64,000 bases of DNA from NCBI GenBank assembly GCA_035221665.1, contig CM069146.1, forward strand, positions 46,686,001 to 46,750,000. The letters run 5' to 3'. The notes below the pieces were generated by a model. The model searched no databases. It was not told the origin of the DNA and worked only from the letters and a program-made list of their open reading frames with translations. Source of the DNA: Okamejei kenojei. Its lineage: Eukaryota. Of the stretch, positions 26,557-40,035 are shown one piece after another. The translations under genes and the position numbers were made by a program. The first letter of the stretch is position 1, and each line of letters begins with the position of its first letter.

Positions 26557-27184
26557 GTAAGTTTTCTTTGAAAGAGACGCATTCACCCAAGTAACCATTT
26601 GGTTTGTCATGACAAGAGGTCCAGAGATAACAGGTAGACACTAACCAACACCTGCCTCAGATTATGGTCTTATTTGTAGATCATTCTCTTCATAATAATG
26701 TTTCCATAATCCTTCCATATTATAGAATTGCAAGACTTTAGTCACAATCACAAAGACGAAGGATCCCAACCTGAAACATCACCTGATTATTATCTCCCCA
26801 GATGTTGTTCTACCCGCTGAGTTCCTTCAGCACTTTGTGTTTAGCTAACGTGTTTGTTATTCCTTCTGTGTTTTTCGGCACTTCTATTATCTTCAATTTG
26901 TATGCTGCTTCCTAAATGTAGTTCCATTGGGACAGAATTTCAAAAGCAAGCTACAGCAGACAGACATGATCTATAGTGCATTTAGCAGGATTGGCCAGTA
27001 CGTTTTGCTGCGTTTCCTAAGGCATTACCCTTCCCAATGGACTGTTTAAGAGGAAGAAGAGGCTATATTTACACAGTCTTTACATTAGCACCATATAGAT
27101 TGAAGTGGTACACCTTCCTATTTGTGCTTCACCAGATGTTTGAAGCCGGACTAGGAATGTGCCACAACAGGGCAGAATGAAATA

Positions 27185-27455
27185 AATGAAAGGACATTCC
27201 ATGCGAAAAGAGAGGAGGAATTTCTTTAGTCAGAGGGTGGTGAATCTGTGGAGTTCATTGCCACAGGCGGCTGTTGGGGCCAAGTCATTGGGTATTTTTA
27301 AAGCGGAGATTGACAGGTTCTTGATTAGTATGGGTATCAAAGATTATGGGGAGAAGGCAGGAGAATGGGGTTGAGAGGGAAAGATAGATCAGCCACGATT
27401 GAATGGCGGACTAGACTCGATAGGTCGATTGGCCTAATTCTGAAGTTAACTTATG
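27185..27455 (+). mobile_element. CR1/HER1 LINE 3' fragment
   Basis: RRNFFSQRVVNLWSSLPQAAV.AKSLGIFKAEIDRFL. Confidence 0.88.
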
Positions 27456-28506
27456 AAGTTAAGAAAGATTTGGGTTACAGAGATTTGGTTGAGCAAGCCT
27501 TGGGGATTTCTGAATTTAAATCCCATCACATCAGGCAGCTGGCAAGAACATCATATAATGCCCAGCTGACTTTGAGAGGTGCTGATGGACTTCTTGGGAA
27601 CGTGGAAAGAATAGACTGTTTATTCCCTTAAGATTGATTGATCCACAGTTAGAAAGGTCATGACTGTTTGGTTACCTCACTCCAGCACCTGCTTTGCTCC
27701 AGATCCCTTGACAACTCTTGTTATCGAAAGTCCACGAATCTCAGATTAAAATTTGACGACTGACCTGACGTTAATTGCCATTCGTGAAGAAAGTTCCTGA
27801 TTTCTACTGCTCTGTTCTCACTTTCATACCCAACACAAAACGCTTCTACATCCCTTCTGTGTTACTTCCTTTTAATGCCGTAAAAAGTTAATTCAAATCA
27901 GCCCTTAACCTAAATATGCATTATTATGCCTTTCTTAACTATATTTTAAACTAGAATGTAAATTGTGGTTAATCATTAGAAATAAATGATTATGAAAGGC
28001 AAATGATCTAGAAATGTCAGAGCAGAATGTCAAAACCTGTCATTCCGTTTCATCCCATCCCACAACATGCTGTCAGATTCATTAGGAATTTGTTTTGTAA
28101 GATTAGTTTGTAAAATCAGATTTTTTTAAAATAGATTTTAAAGTCGAAGAATCTTGAGCCTTTGCCTTACTGTGAAATAAATGTATATCTTGTATCGATA
28201 TCATCATAGGGAAGATATTACAGAACTATGTTCCTCTTGCTTGTGATTTATGAGAATGTCATTTTATCTATGGTATTAATAACAATTTAGAACCCACTTG
28301 GAATCAATTAATTTTTACCGACTGGCACTACGGGTGACTATTTTCACATTCGATGCACTGGGTACAAAATTGTGTACAAAAGTACATTTACTTTCACTAT
28401 GTGTTTCATCTCCAAGGTTCCAGTTAAACTCATTTGCCTAACAATAAAACAGTGTGCTGACCTCTACAGCTCCCACATTTGTGGACACAATTGTACAGCA
28501 TATTGC

Positions 28507-28895
28507 AATGAGGGGAAACCTCATTGAAACATACAGAATAGTGAAAGGCTTGGATCGAGTGGATGTGGAGAGGATGTTTCCACTAGTTGGAGAGTCTAGG
28601 ACTAGAGACCATAGCCTCAGAATTAAAGGACGTTCTTTTAGAAAGGAGACGAGGAGGAATTTCTTTATTCAGAGGGTTGTGAATCTGTGGAATTCTTTGC
28701 CACAGAAGGCTGTGGAGGCAAAGTCATTGGATGTATATAAAGCAGAGATAGATAGATTCAGATTAGTATGGGTGTCAGAGGATATGGGGAGAAGGCAGGA
28801 GAATGGAGTTGGGAGGGCAAAATCGATCAGCCATGATTGATGGCGGAGTAGGCATGATGGGCTGAATGGCCTAATTCTACTCCTATCACTTATGA
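28507..28895 (+). mobile_element. CR1/HER1 LINE 3' fragment
   Basis: MRGNLIETYRIVKGLDRVDVERMFPLVGESRTRDHSLRIKG...RVVNLWNSLPQKAVEA. Confidence 0.92.
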
Positions 28896-30004
28896 TATTG
28901 GCAACCCCTATGTTGCAGCCATTTGAGTAACGGAAATTTGTCCTTACAGATTTCACAAGTCACTACATCGAAAATGTTGTGATACAGAATAAAATTTACC
29001 CTTCATGTTTAAACAAAAGAGTAATTGACTGAATACAACATTTATTTTTTCTCAGTCATGTTCCAGGACACATTGAAACAGTATGGCTTAATGTTGTGAA
29101 AAATCCTAATGTGTATAGATTTCAAGTTTTATAACTTCCCTGTAAGGTGGGGATCAGCATGTATAATAGTTTAAAAACATAGTTTAGGTTAAAAAATATT
29201 CATTGCTATATATGTGTTCAAAATTAGTACATGGAATGAATTATACTTAAACCATAAATGTATTATAATTATAAATTGTAAAATGCATATAATTATTATA
29301 CAAAACTTGTTTTTTTTAATCAATGCAATCTGGGATTAATTTCAATTTTTAAATGCCATTTGAAAAGATCTCTGCAGATTCATTGTAAGTTATTTTGTTA
29401 TGTAGTGGTCATCTTCTAGGCAAGTTAAAATATATATTGCAAACCTTTTAAACGCCCATTAGTGTCCTTGAACCCATAAGAAGCCGCTTAATTTTAAGAG
29501 TCTCCTTGAAGGCCTGTAAATGGACCAATTAGTGGGAGCCCTCAGTGTTAACTAATTCCACCTGGGGTCAGGGTCAACTTTTCATATGATGTTTATAAAA
29601 CTAGCACATATGGTACATTGGGTCTTTGTATCCACAAAATATATTTGCAATTGTTTGCATGGGTTTGGCTGCATTTTAGCTCCTAGTCCAAAACCTAGCC
29701 CTGCATGTGATCATTTTTGGAGCGTGAAGGGAATGGCTTTTGGACAATATGTTTGATTATCGGCGAGAGAAAGCTAATTTTTGTTGTGAAGTCCAGCAAG
29801 CGTCAGGAGCTCATGAATGGAATAGCGCAGATGTTTTTTGATGGAGGCCAGCCAAGTAGCGTGAAAAGGAAACGAGAACAATGCCAACGCACGTTGGAAA
29901 CAGTCTGCAACACCTCTGTCACTTAGGCGGGTCTGCAGGAGAAACTAAGAATGCAATGGCAAGCAGTTACTGAGATGCCGAAGCTGCAGTAACTGAAATG
30001 ATAT

Positions 30005-30570
30005 CGGCGTGGTGCAGCTGGGAGAGCTGCTGCCTCACAGCGCCAGAGACCCAGTTCAATCCTGATCCCGGGTGCTATCTACGTGGAGTTTGCATGTTCT
30101 CCCTGTGGCTGCTTGGGTTTCCTTCAACGTCCACAGAGGGCTGTGGAGGCCAAGTCAGTGGATATTTTTTAAGGCAGAGATGGACAAATTCTTGATTAGA
30201 ACACGTGTCAAGGGTTATGAGGAGAAGGCAGGAACATGGGATTAGGAGGCAGAGATCAGCCATGATTGAATGGCGGTGTAGATTCGACGGGCTGAATGGC
30301 CTAATTCTACATCCCCAGAACGTAAACTTGTGATCCCAAAGGCATGCAGGTTTGTAGGTTAGTTGGCCTCTCTAAATTGTGTTGCGAGTGGATGCAAAAG
30401 TGAGATGACATAGAACTACTGCGAAGGTAGACTCAAAGTGCTGGAGTAACTCAGCGGGTCAGGCAGCATCTCCGGAGACTCTTCATCAGACTGTGTGCAG
30501 ACACAGTAGGACTCAGTAGACTCAGAACTACTGTGAACGGGTGATCAATGGCCAGCGTGGACTCTGTTTA
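30005..30570 (+). mobile_element. Composite: V-SINE interrupted by a CR1 3' fragment (about 30125-30315) and a Penelope-derived insert (about 30426-30522)
   Basis: SINE head at 30005, CR1 3' UTR, SINE resumes near 30334; agaactactg duplicated around the inner insert. Confidence 0.7.
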
Positions 30571-30668
30571 ATCAATTCAACCTAAGAATGATTAATAAGT
30601 GTGCAAGCTGTTGTTTTTGATTGTTGTGGTTTTACTGGGGAATCTTAACATGTATTTTTTTTCTGCAG

Positions 30669-30752
30669 CTTGCAAAAGACAAAGAACGCTTGCAAGCTAT
30701 GATGATACACCTCCATGTGAAATCAACTGAACCAAAACCAACTCCTCAGCCT
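30669..30752 (+). CDS. FOXP1: FOXP1 coding exon, leucine zipper ([28 protein letters not shown])
   Basis: ctgcag acceptor ending 30668, gtaagt donor at 30753. 84 bp. LAKDKERLQ distinguishes FOXP1 from FOXP2 (LSKERERLQ) and FOXP4 (LAKESERLQ). Confidence 0.97.
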
Positions 30753-32504
30753 GTAAGTAGTGATCTTGTGGGAGATGGAGATAATTGCGTGAAATGATTA
30801 ACCTATCACTTTGTTACATACATCCAACTTTGTCTCTCCTTGCTTTTGAAGGGTTTTTATATTCACCTTTTCTTAATGTAAAAGTATTACAATACTTTTA
30901 ATGTCATCGTTTAATGTATCTTGTCATGAAGACATGGCTATCAGAAAATTCACAAGTGTGCTGATTTTGATAACAAAACTTCCAGCCTGCTGATCACTCT
31001 GCCATTTAAGTTGTGGATTAATATACTTATCAACAAAAAAGTAAGAAATATTAGAAGCGCTTGAGTGACGTGAGTTGTAATATTTAACGATCTGCACTAC
31101 AAATTCCAGGTTAAATTCCCCTCAACCGCACATACCTTATCCAATGAAGGACAATATTTTACGTCAGTTCCTGCCTTTCTTTCTGTGTGGTACAGTAGGC
31201 ACCTGGCACTCAGGATATCAGATTCAGAGTATTTGTACACCTTTGCTATAAATGTAAGAGTGCTAAATCCAAGCTGTTGTAGGATAGCAGCCTAAACGGG
31301 TAACCCACAAAAAGTGGAGAAACTGGTTTTTAAAAAAAAAAGCAATTTGAACCACATGTGAAAAAGTTACCTTTATGTTTTTGGATGCTGCCCGCAGAGC
31401 TTGCGGCTCATATATTATTGCTGTGTTGACCCCTTTGAACAGATCTCAAAGGCATAATCCATGGTGGCCATTAAACGACAGGATCAAAGATGAGAGGACA
31501 ATGGTGTGGCTAACATGGTACCTTCTGTGTGTTTGGGCATTTGTCTCACTATTTAATGGACAAAGTGCCATGTGGCGCAAACCACTGTGAGATTTAGACT
31601 CATCAAGAGGATAGTTATCACAAGAGCAAGTGGCAAAAACATAGTGATGCTGCAATCTCGGTCAGTGATACATGCAGACTAGAAACGGAGCACGTAGAAA
31701 CGGTTCTGGTGGAGGCTGTGGGGGAAACATTGAAGTTACGGTGGGGTTTCTTTACTTAATGTCACTTTGATGTGTGTGTAGAATTTGTTTCCCCGTGAGT
31801 GAAATATGGGGCCATAGATCACAGCTTTAACGGCAACGCAGAGGTGGCCACTGTGCATCAGAAAGCATGATTAGATGCGCATTAGATACATTAAGGTGAA
31901 TCTGTCTTAGAATTGCCGAGACCAATTTTCCAATGGTCACTAATCAACTTGGAAAAGATCACTAACACCATTTAACCTGCGGGTAATGGCTCTTAAGTGC
32001 AAATCTTGCATAAAAAACTGCACAAATGTGTCCAATTTCTAGGCACCGCTCAACCGGTAGAAAGAGTATTTCCCATTACTGCATCGTAGAGAAATGTAAA
32101 TAGCACTCACAGAAAAGGCCGTTTGACCCTCTTTGTCAAAAGAAGACAACATATTTTTGAAATATTCCTGCAGTAGAAGGGAAAAAAAAAATCGTCTTTT
32201 ATAAATGGAAAATAAAAAGTGAAAATACAATTTTTAATTTTTTTTCCTAAGATTTTTCTGATGCCTAAAATCAAGGAGCTGTGCTTGGCCATTCCAAAGA
32301 ATAAGGTAAATAAATAATTTGTAACGTTACAGCTAAAATGTAATACATTAGTGCACGTGGAACCACATGCATATAGATAGTATTTTTGACCCCCAAAATG
32401 CAGTTAGCAGGATTATGATGAGCCCTATCTATGCCTCATTTAACTGCATCCTCCACCACTACTCAGGACTCCCATTGTCACAGAATCTTCTTCTGTCTTC
32501 ACAT

Positions 32505-32942
32505 TTAGTTTAGTTTGGAGAGCATGGAAATAGGTCCTTCAGCCCACCGGGTCCGCACCAACCCTCAATCACTGGGTCTCGACCCGAAACGTCACCCATT
32601 CCTTCTATCCAGAGATGCTGCCTATCCCGCTGAGTTACTCCAGCTTTTTGTGTCTATCTTCGGTTTAAACCAGCAACTGCAGTTCCTCCCTACAAATTAC
32701 CTCTCCACACTAGTTCTGCATTATCCCACTCCCTACACAAAGGGCAATTTGCAGTGGGCGAAATAACTTACTATCCCCATGCCTTTTGGGTGTGGGGGGA
32801 AACCGGAGCACCCGGAGGAACCCACATGGTCACAGGGATAAGGTGCGAGCTTCACGCAGACAGGGCCCGAGATCAGGATCAGACCCAGGGCTCCTGGTGC
32901 AGCCGAGGCAGCAGCTCTACCTGCTGCACCACTGTGCCGCCC
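32505..32942 (-). mobile_element. HE1-like V-SINE with nested Penelope-derived insert (about 32574-32695)
   Basis: SINE tail and head on the minus strand; gggtctcgacccgaaacgtcacccattcc inside. Confidence 0.75.
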
Positions 32943-33604
32943 AGAATGAGAATTAATTCGGTCACATTTGGGCTGGGGTCCTTATTGTCACGGTCATGGT
33001 GCAAAGTAGAATGGTCCACATATGACAGTAAGCTTAGGCAATGGATGTTGAGACAGTGACCTTCTGATATTTTTAAACCAGATCAAGTAGATATCAATAA
33101 TCAAAAACATTAAAAACTAATGGAATTACTAAATGTATTAAAATAAAAAAAAAATAAAGACTGAAGCATCTACTTTATCTTACCTTTACTACCAAATTCA
33201 GCAATCCCATTCAAATTCTGTCCTCATTTGAAATATTCAAGATCCTTAATGTGTTTGACAGAGTAGATGCTGAGCTGATGTTTTCTAGGGTTAGGGCATC
33301 TAGAACCAGGGATCACAGTCTCAAAGCAAGGGGGCAGTATCCAGGAATCTGAGGAGGTTTTTTTTTTCTCTCTCTCTGAGAGAAAGCAGTCAATCTGTGG
33401 AGATGACTGTGAGGGCCGCAGAAGCCGAGGCATTGAGCACATGCAAGTCAGAGGTCCATTGAGTTCGAGCTATTATGGAAATCATCGAATGTAAGGTTTG
33501 TGCAAAAACAATTGGCACTGGGCAGAAGATCAGCCGCAATCTTATTGAAGCAGATGTGAAGAGCCAAATAACCTCAATTTGCTTCCCTTTCTTATTTTTA
33601 GCTG

Positions 33605-33907
33605 TTTAGTTTTGGGATACAACGTAGAAACAGATGCTTTGGCCTACAAAATTCGCACCGATCCGCGATCCCCAAACACTAGCACCATCCTACACACCAG
33701 GGACAATTTACAATCTTTACTGAAGCCAATTAACCTACAAACCCACATGTCTTTGTGTGGGGAGTGTGGGAGGAAACCGGAGCACCCGGAGAATACCCAC
33801 ACAGGTCACGGGGAGAACTCTGTACAGACAGCACCCGTAGTCAGGATTGAATCCGGATGTCTGGCGCTGTAAGGCAGCAACTCTACTGCTGCGCCACCGT
33901 GCCGCCC
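33605..33907 (-). mobile_element. HE1-like V-SINE
   Basis: Complete SINE on the minus strand. Confidence 0.85.
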
Positions 33908-34109
33908 TTTACCTATGGGTAGGACTGACTGGGTAACATAGAAAATAGGTTCAGGGGGAGGCCATTCGGCCCTTCGAGGTAGATGAGGGTGTTGTCAGGT
34001 TGACTGGCCAGACACAAAGTGTATCCGGCCCTCCAGCTCCGCTACTAGATTTTGAGCTGGCATCTGACCTCAACTAGATTGCAGAGGTCAGGAGGTATAC
34101 TATTATGTG

Positions 34110-34636
34110 TATGGGCGGAAATCTTGGGCAGGGTGGGGGGGGCGGGCTGTTTCCCCCCAGGTCTAGCTGTAGCCCAGGTCGCCTGCATGCCCCGGGACTG
34201 GCTGTAGCTCCCAGGTCGGCTCGCCTGCCCCACACTCCAAAGACGCGCAGATTTGTAGATTAAGTGCTCCAGTAAATTGCAAATTGTCCGTAGTGTGTCG
34301 GATGGTGCTAGTGTACGGGGTGATTGCTGGTTGGCGTGGACACGGTGGGTAATAGAGCCTACAGTTCCCAGGTTGCCTGCGCGCCCAGGTTGGCTCGCCT
34401 GCTCCGGGACTGGATGTAACACCCAGGTCGGCTGGCAGGTCTGGCTGTAGCGCGCAGGTAGCCTGCGTGCCCCGGGACTGGCTGCAGTTCCCAGGTCGCG
34501 AAAACGAATTGAAAAAAAACCGCCTGCGGGCTGGATGATTTCAGGTTACGGGCCGAACCCTGTCGTAGATGTCAGGCCTCATTGTGTTCTCCCCGCCCCC
34601 CCCCCCACCATGTTTTAAAAGCGATTTCCACCCATG
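34110..34636. mobile_element. hAT-like non-autonomous DNA transposon (MITE) with internal GC-rich minisatellite and a SINE fragment
   Basis: Terminal inverted repeats tatgggcggaaatc (34110-34123) / gatttccacccatg (34623-34636); imperfect 8-bp flanks attatgtg / gttaggtg; repeated cccaggtc/gcctgc/gggactggctg units. Confidence 0.6.
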
Positions 34637-35734
34637 GTTAGGTGGCACTTCCATCTGAAATTACCTGGTGAAGAGGGGTAGGAACTGGGCCGGTGGAAAA
34701 GAATGAACCACTTTGGGGCCTGGAGCGGAAGGAGAAGCAAAAGGCAGCAAGACAGAATGGGGATTTACTATGGAGTTCAATAAACTTCTCATAGTGTTCA
34801 TGCGAAAGGTCATTCCACTTAATGTTAACAGGTGGCAGATTACATCATGATCATTATTCTGCTACACTCCTGTAATTCTGTAAATGAACGAATCAATTAT
34901 GGTGGAAAGATCACCTTATTTCTTGCTTGAAACACGTATTATGCAGTCTCTGAAGGTATCCAGCGAGCAGCAGTATCATTCAATATCAATATATGAGAAT
35001 TAATTGAGCATGACTGGGCCTTTAGTTGCCACTTGCAACTTCAGTCAATATGTGTTGATGCTGGATAATGACAAGGTAGCGGCTCATCGTAGGGCAGAGT
35101 AAAAAATGCACACTGTGTCTCGGTAATAGTCACAATTAGGGAAAATATTTTTTGTATAATCTATGCCAACAATCATTGATTTAATAATAATGTTAAATAT
35201 TGCAGTAAAAGATGTAATCCATTAAATTTGATTCCGAGTGTAAATATGATGCCTCAAAGGGAATATTTCATTATTAATCTTACAAGTGTTGATAAATAGT
35301 CAGAGTTAAATTAATGAATAATGAAGGTTTTTACATTTAATTTCTTTAATTGTTTTATAATCCATCTAGTTTATTAAAATGATACGTTTGAACATTAAGG
35401 AGAAACACGAAATTACTTCAAAAGAAAACATTCCGATAGGCAATGCTACAAGTAACATGAGCTATGTGCTGAAATTATAGAACTAACCTATAACATTGCT
35501 TGTTATGCCCATCCTTTGTCATTCTTTGCAATTACAATAGTTTAGGTTTATCCCACAATGTTTCAGGGAATTTGTAGGTTAAATTTACTTATGGTTAAAT
35601 AAGTTATTAAATGCAATTTTAGGCCGTTGCAGAAATGTAATGCTTTTCATCATGTGACAATAATTCATTGTTATTTTCAGTAACCCTTTCCATTTTTCTT
35701 TGTTTCTTGATATGTTTGTTAGTTAGCTTTATTT

Positions 35735-36225
35735 TGAGTTTTACACGGTTAATTCCCCTGATGGCGGGACTGTCATATGCTGAGAGAATGAAGCAGCCGA
35801 GCTTGTACACTCTGGAGTTGAGAAGGATGAGAGGATTTCTTATTGAAACATATAAGATTGTTAAGGGTTTGGACACGCTGGATGCAGGAAACATGTTCCC
35901 GATGTTGCGAGAGTCCAGAACCAGGGGCCACAGTTTAAGAATAAGGAGTAAGCCATTTAGAAATGGAGATGAGGAAACACTTTTTCCCACAGAGAGTTGT
36001 GAGTCTGTGGAATTCTCTGCCTCAGAGGGCGGTGGAGGCAGGTTCTGTGGATGCTTTCAAGAGAGAGCTGGATAGGGCTCTTAAAGATAGCGGAGTCAGG
36101 GGATATGGGAAAAAGGCAGGAACGGGGTACTGATTGGGGATGATCAGCCATGATCACATTGAACGGCAGTGCGGGCTCGAAGGGCCGAATGGCCTACTCC
36201 TGCACCTATTGTCTATTGTCTATTG
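35735..36225 (+). mobile_element. CR1/HER1 LINE 3' fragment (second subfamily)
   Basis: FTRLIP.MAGLSYAERM...LYTLELRRMRG.LIETYKIVKGLDTLDAGNMFPM..ESRTRGHSLRIR. Confidence 0.92.
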
Positions 36226-37297
36226 CCTTGAATGTTTTTATTTTCAACAATGGGCTGTTCTAACAATTTTTTCTTTAGCTTTTGTTTTTAACCCTTTACA
36301 ATGTCATGCCATGTTTTGGTCTTTCTGCTGACTGGTTAGCACACAACAAAAGCCTTTCACTGTGCCTCGGTGCATGTGACAATAAACTGAACTGAACATA
36401 TAAGGTTTTTTTACACACTCTTTCCATTGTCCTAACCAAATACAGCTTGGATTCTCCTGTAATATTTTATAGCATTTTATGTTACATTTGATTATATGAG
36501 AAAATAATATTAAATGCAATCTCCAGCAAAATCTTAAATGTAAACCATTTATTTATTTCATATATGTCCATGAAAGAAATAGGATTTTTAATTATAACAC
36601 TTATTAATTCTTCAAAATATCCCAAATTTCTTTTGATTTGTAGTTTAGTTATGTTAACAGATCTCTGTGTGTGAACTTGGATAGTTTGTGGCTTGGACCT
36701 CCAAATTCTGCTGTGGAGCAAAGGGGTTCTTTAAGAATAAAGTTGTCATGATTAGAGCAGCAATCTTAATAAAGATTGTTCACTATGTTGTGACCTGACG
36801 AGTAGGTCATCCAAATTGTAAATGCTTCAGCAAGAAGGGCTTTTATCTACCGTCATTGGAGTCGCTTTATTTGTAAAGACCGTCGATATAAAATAATACC
36901 GTCTAACCGATAGGGACAAACTCGCACAATGAGAATTATGATGCCTGTTGGTTGTCCGTCATGTAAATCAAGTGTGACTAAACTGCTTATCTGCACCTTA
37001 TCGACATTATTGACTTGCCTATTACATATTTTGGTGGTCATCTGTAGATGCAGCCGTGAACAGAACAAGAGTGTTGGGTCACCATTATACATAAGAGGTC
37101 CAGGGGATGTCTGATCAGTATCTTGTCTTAGACATCTGCCTCGAGCTAAACATGCGAGGGCCACAGATATGCACACTGTCATTTAACATGGTTTGGTCCA
37201 GTAACTCGCCAAAGTCTAGCTTCTTTCACCAGAGGTATGTTTTTCAAGCATGTATTAAGACATAATCCCTTTTGCCGTGATTATGACCAGAACCAAC

Positions 37298-37571
37298 GTG
37301 GCAGCACGGTGGCGTGGCGGTAGAGATGCTACCTTACGGTGCCAGGGACCCGGGTTCGATCCCGACTACGGGTGCTTGTTTGTATAGAGTTTGTACATTT
37401 TCCCCGTGTCCTTGCGTGGGTTTTCTCAGAGATCTTCGGTTTCCTCCCACACGCAAAAGGCGTACAGGTTTGTAAGTTAATTGGCTTGGTATAAATGTAA
37501 ATTGTCCCCAGTGTCGCTGGTTGGTGCGCCCTTGGTGGGCCGAAGGGCCTGTTTCTCTAAACTAAACTAAA
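37298..37571 (+). mobile_element. HE1-like V-SINE
   Basis: gggttcgatccc B box, V core, (taaac)n tail. Confidence 0.85.
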
Positions 37572-38854
37572 CAATCAAAGAATCTTAAAGTGCAATTGCA
37601 GTTTGTCGTTTTCATAGAAACATAGAAAATAGGTGCAGGAGGAGGCTATTAAACCGGTGCAGGAGGAGGCCATTTGGCCCTTCGAGCCTGCACCACCATT
37701 CATTGTGATCATGGCTGATCATCCACAATCAGTAACCCGTGCATGCCTTCTCCTCATATCCCTAGCAGATTCCGTTAGCCCCTCAAGCTCTATCTAACTC
37801 TCTTTTAAATTCGAATTTGAAGTGGAAGTCGGACTTAGATGTGAGCACAATAAATAGGAGCAGTAGACCACAATGCCCTTTGGGAAGATATGAGTGTAAT
37901 TATGGATGAAGTCAGTAGGTATCAGTTGATAATCCAGATATAATTTTAAACTTCAATTTTTTTTGTCTTAAAATCACAGCAATTGTGAAGTGCCAAGGCA
38001 TTTAAAGTAAACAGCTATCCCCTTTTAACAAATTATTAAACAAAGGATCTCTGTCCTTCCTCCTGTAAATGTATCACTATTTGATGCGGGGGAGGCTAAA
38101 ATGGTTGGTAGGTCAATAAATCAGGATTTGTATTTTGCACGTAGAATTATTTTAAAGAATGTGAAAAAATGTGTTTTCTCAAGAATGGACTACCTCACAT
38201 TGGAATATAACCTAAACATTACCTCCCAAATGGCAAATAGACATCATGTTTCACTAAAATTTACCAATTGCCTTGTTGTACTAGATTTTAAATACCAATG
38301 TCCGTGTGTAATGTAGGTTTTAAGTAAGATCATTTACCAGAGTACTGAGTATTATTGCCCTGTATAATTTTCAGACGTGTGTATTTATGTTTTTCCCTGT
38401 AAGATGTAATGCACCTTTTTTAATCTTGAGCATTAGTAAAGGAAAGTTGGATTTATCTTGATTTTAATTATAAGCTCCCCCACCTACAATTCCCCTTCAG
38501 TGACGTGCTTTTTCTATTCAGAAACATTTTTATATTGCCATTTTCACTGGGGATTGGTTTTAATTGTGGGGGGAGGAGAGTGGGTTGATCAACTCGAGCT
38601 GGTTTGCTAAATGGGCATGTTTGAGGGAGCACAGTGCAAAGCTCTGTTTCTAAGTAGAAAGCAAAGGAAATTATAAGTAGAACAAATAAACAATTTTAGC
38701 TGGGAGAACACCAGTAAAGTGAAATATGCGGAATTTAGGTAAGCTACTCAACTAACCCAACTGGTGGCTGTTATGGTCATAGTAGGTGGTCCTATCATAA
38801 TCACTTTTGCACATTTAATATTGTTATGCTGTACTAATTTTTAATAATTTTTTT

Positions 38855-39122
38855 TAGTTTAGAGCTACAGCGCAGAAACAGGCTATTTGGTTCACCAAGC
38901 CCACACCGACCGACACATTAACACGGGGGACAATTTACGTTCATACCAAAGCCAATACACCTACAGACTGGCATATCTTTGGAGTGTGGGAGGAAACTGG
39001 AGATATCAGAGAAAACCCACGCAGGTCATGGGGAGTATGCACAAACTCCATAGAGACAGCACCCATAGTCAGGGTTGAACCCGGGTCTCTGGCGCTGCAA
39101 CTCTACCGCTGTGCCACCGTGT
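38855..39122 (-). mobile_element. HE1-like V-SINE
   Basis: SINE on the minus strand. Confidence 0.8.
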
Positions 39123-39564
39123 CCAGTTGAAACAGAACAAGTTCATTGTGCCACTGAGATTTGAATACCTAGGGTAAAATATCAGGAGCCCTCATGTGAT
39201 ATTTCAAACTGCCAATTCTGTACATATACAAAAAGATATAAGGGGGAGAATTGAAGATAATTTCATTAATGAGTTACGTTTTTTGACAACTGAATCCACA
39301 TTTACTGCATCTCAATGTGCGATTATATTTAAATTGCAGACCATTTGGAATTAACTGGGTTTGATATGAATGAACTTTGCATAAATAATTAAAGACTTTG
39401 AAAATATATCTTCTGTTATATTTCACTTGAACTGGCCTCTAATAAACTCCAGCCTGAAAATTGAGTTTGGAGAGTAGTTTTCTTCACCTGGATTGCTACT
39501 GCATCACCATAAGCAACCAAAATGATTTGATGTAGTATGGAAAATATCCGAGGGTTTAGGTTGG

Positions 39565-40035
39565 AGGCTTGATAGTGGACGTGGAGAGGATGCTTCCACT
39601 AGTGGGAGAGCCTAGGACCAGAGGTCAATAGACAATAGGTGCAGGAGTAGGCCATGTGGCCCTTTGAGCCAGCCCATTCAATGTGATCATGACTGATCAT
39701 CCCCAATCAGTACCCCGTTCCTGCCTTCTCCCCATATCCCTTGACTCCACTATCTTTCAGGTCTTAATCTCAGAATTAAAGGGCGTCCTTTTAGGAAGGA
39801 GATGAGGAGGAATTAGTCAGAGGGTGGTGACTCTGTGGAATTCATCGTCACAGAGGGCTGTGGAGGCCAAGTCAATGGATATTTTTTAACGCAGAGATGG
39901 ACAGATTCTTGATTAGTACAGATGTCAGGGGTTATGGGGAGAAGGGGGTTGAGAGGGAGAGATAGATCAGCAATGATTGAATGGCGCAGTAGACTTGAAG
40001 GGCCAAATGGCCTAATTCTGCCCCTATCACATGAA
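39565..40035 (+). mobile_element. CR1 3' fragment with nested opposite-strand CR1 3' end (about 39626-39760)
   Basis: ggcttgatagtggacgtggagaggatgc... is interrupted by caatagacaataggtgcaggagtaggcc... Confidence 0.8.

Noticed and set aside
28454-28840. ORFs with reverse-transcriptase-associated C-terminal motifs (also 23075, 27186, 35668, 49831)
   Set aside because: 5'-truncated, frameshifted CR1 LINE remnants, not host genes or intact elements.
30753-30797. Donor read-through [14 protein letters not shown], analogous to the truncated FOXP2 10+ isoform
   Set aside because: Any retained intron gives a short tail; the sequence offers no independent support.
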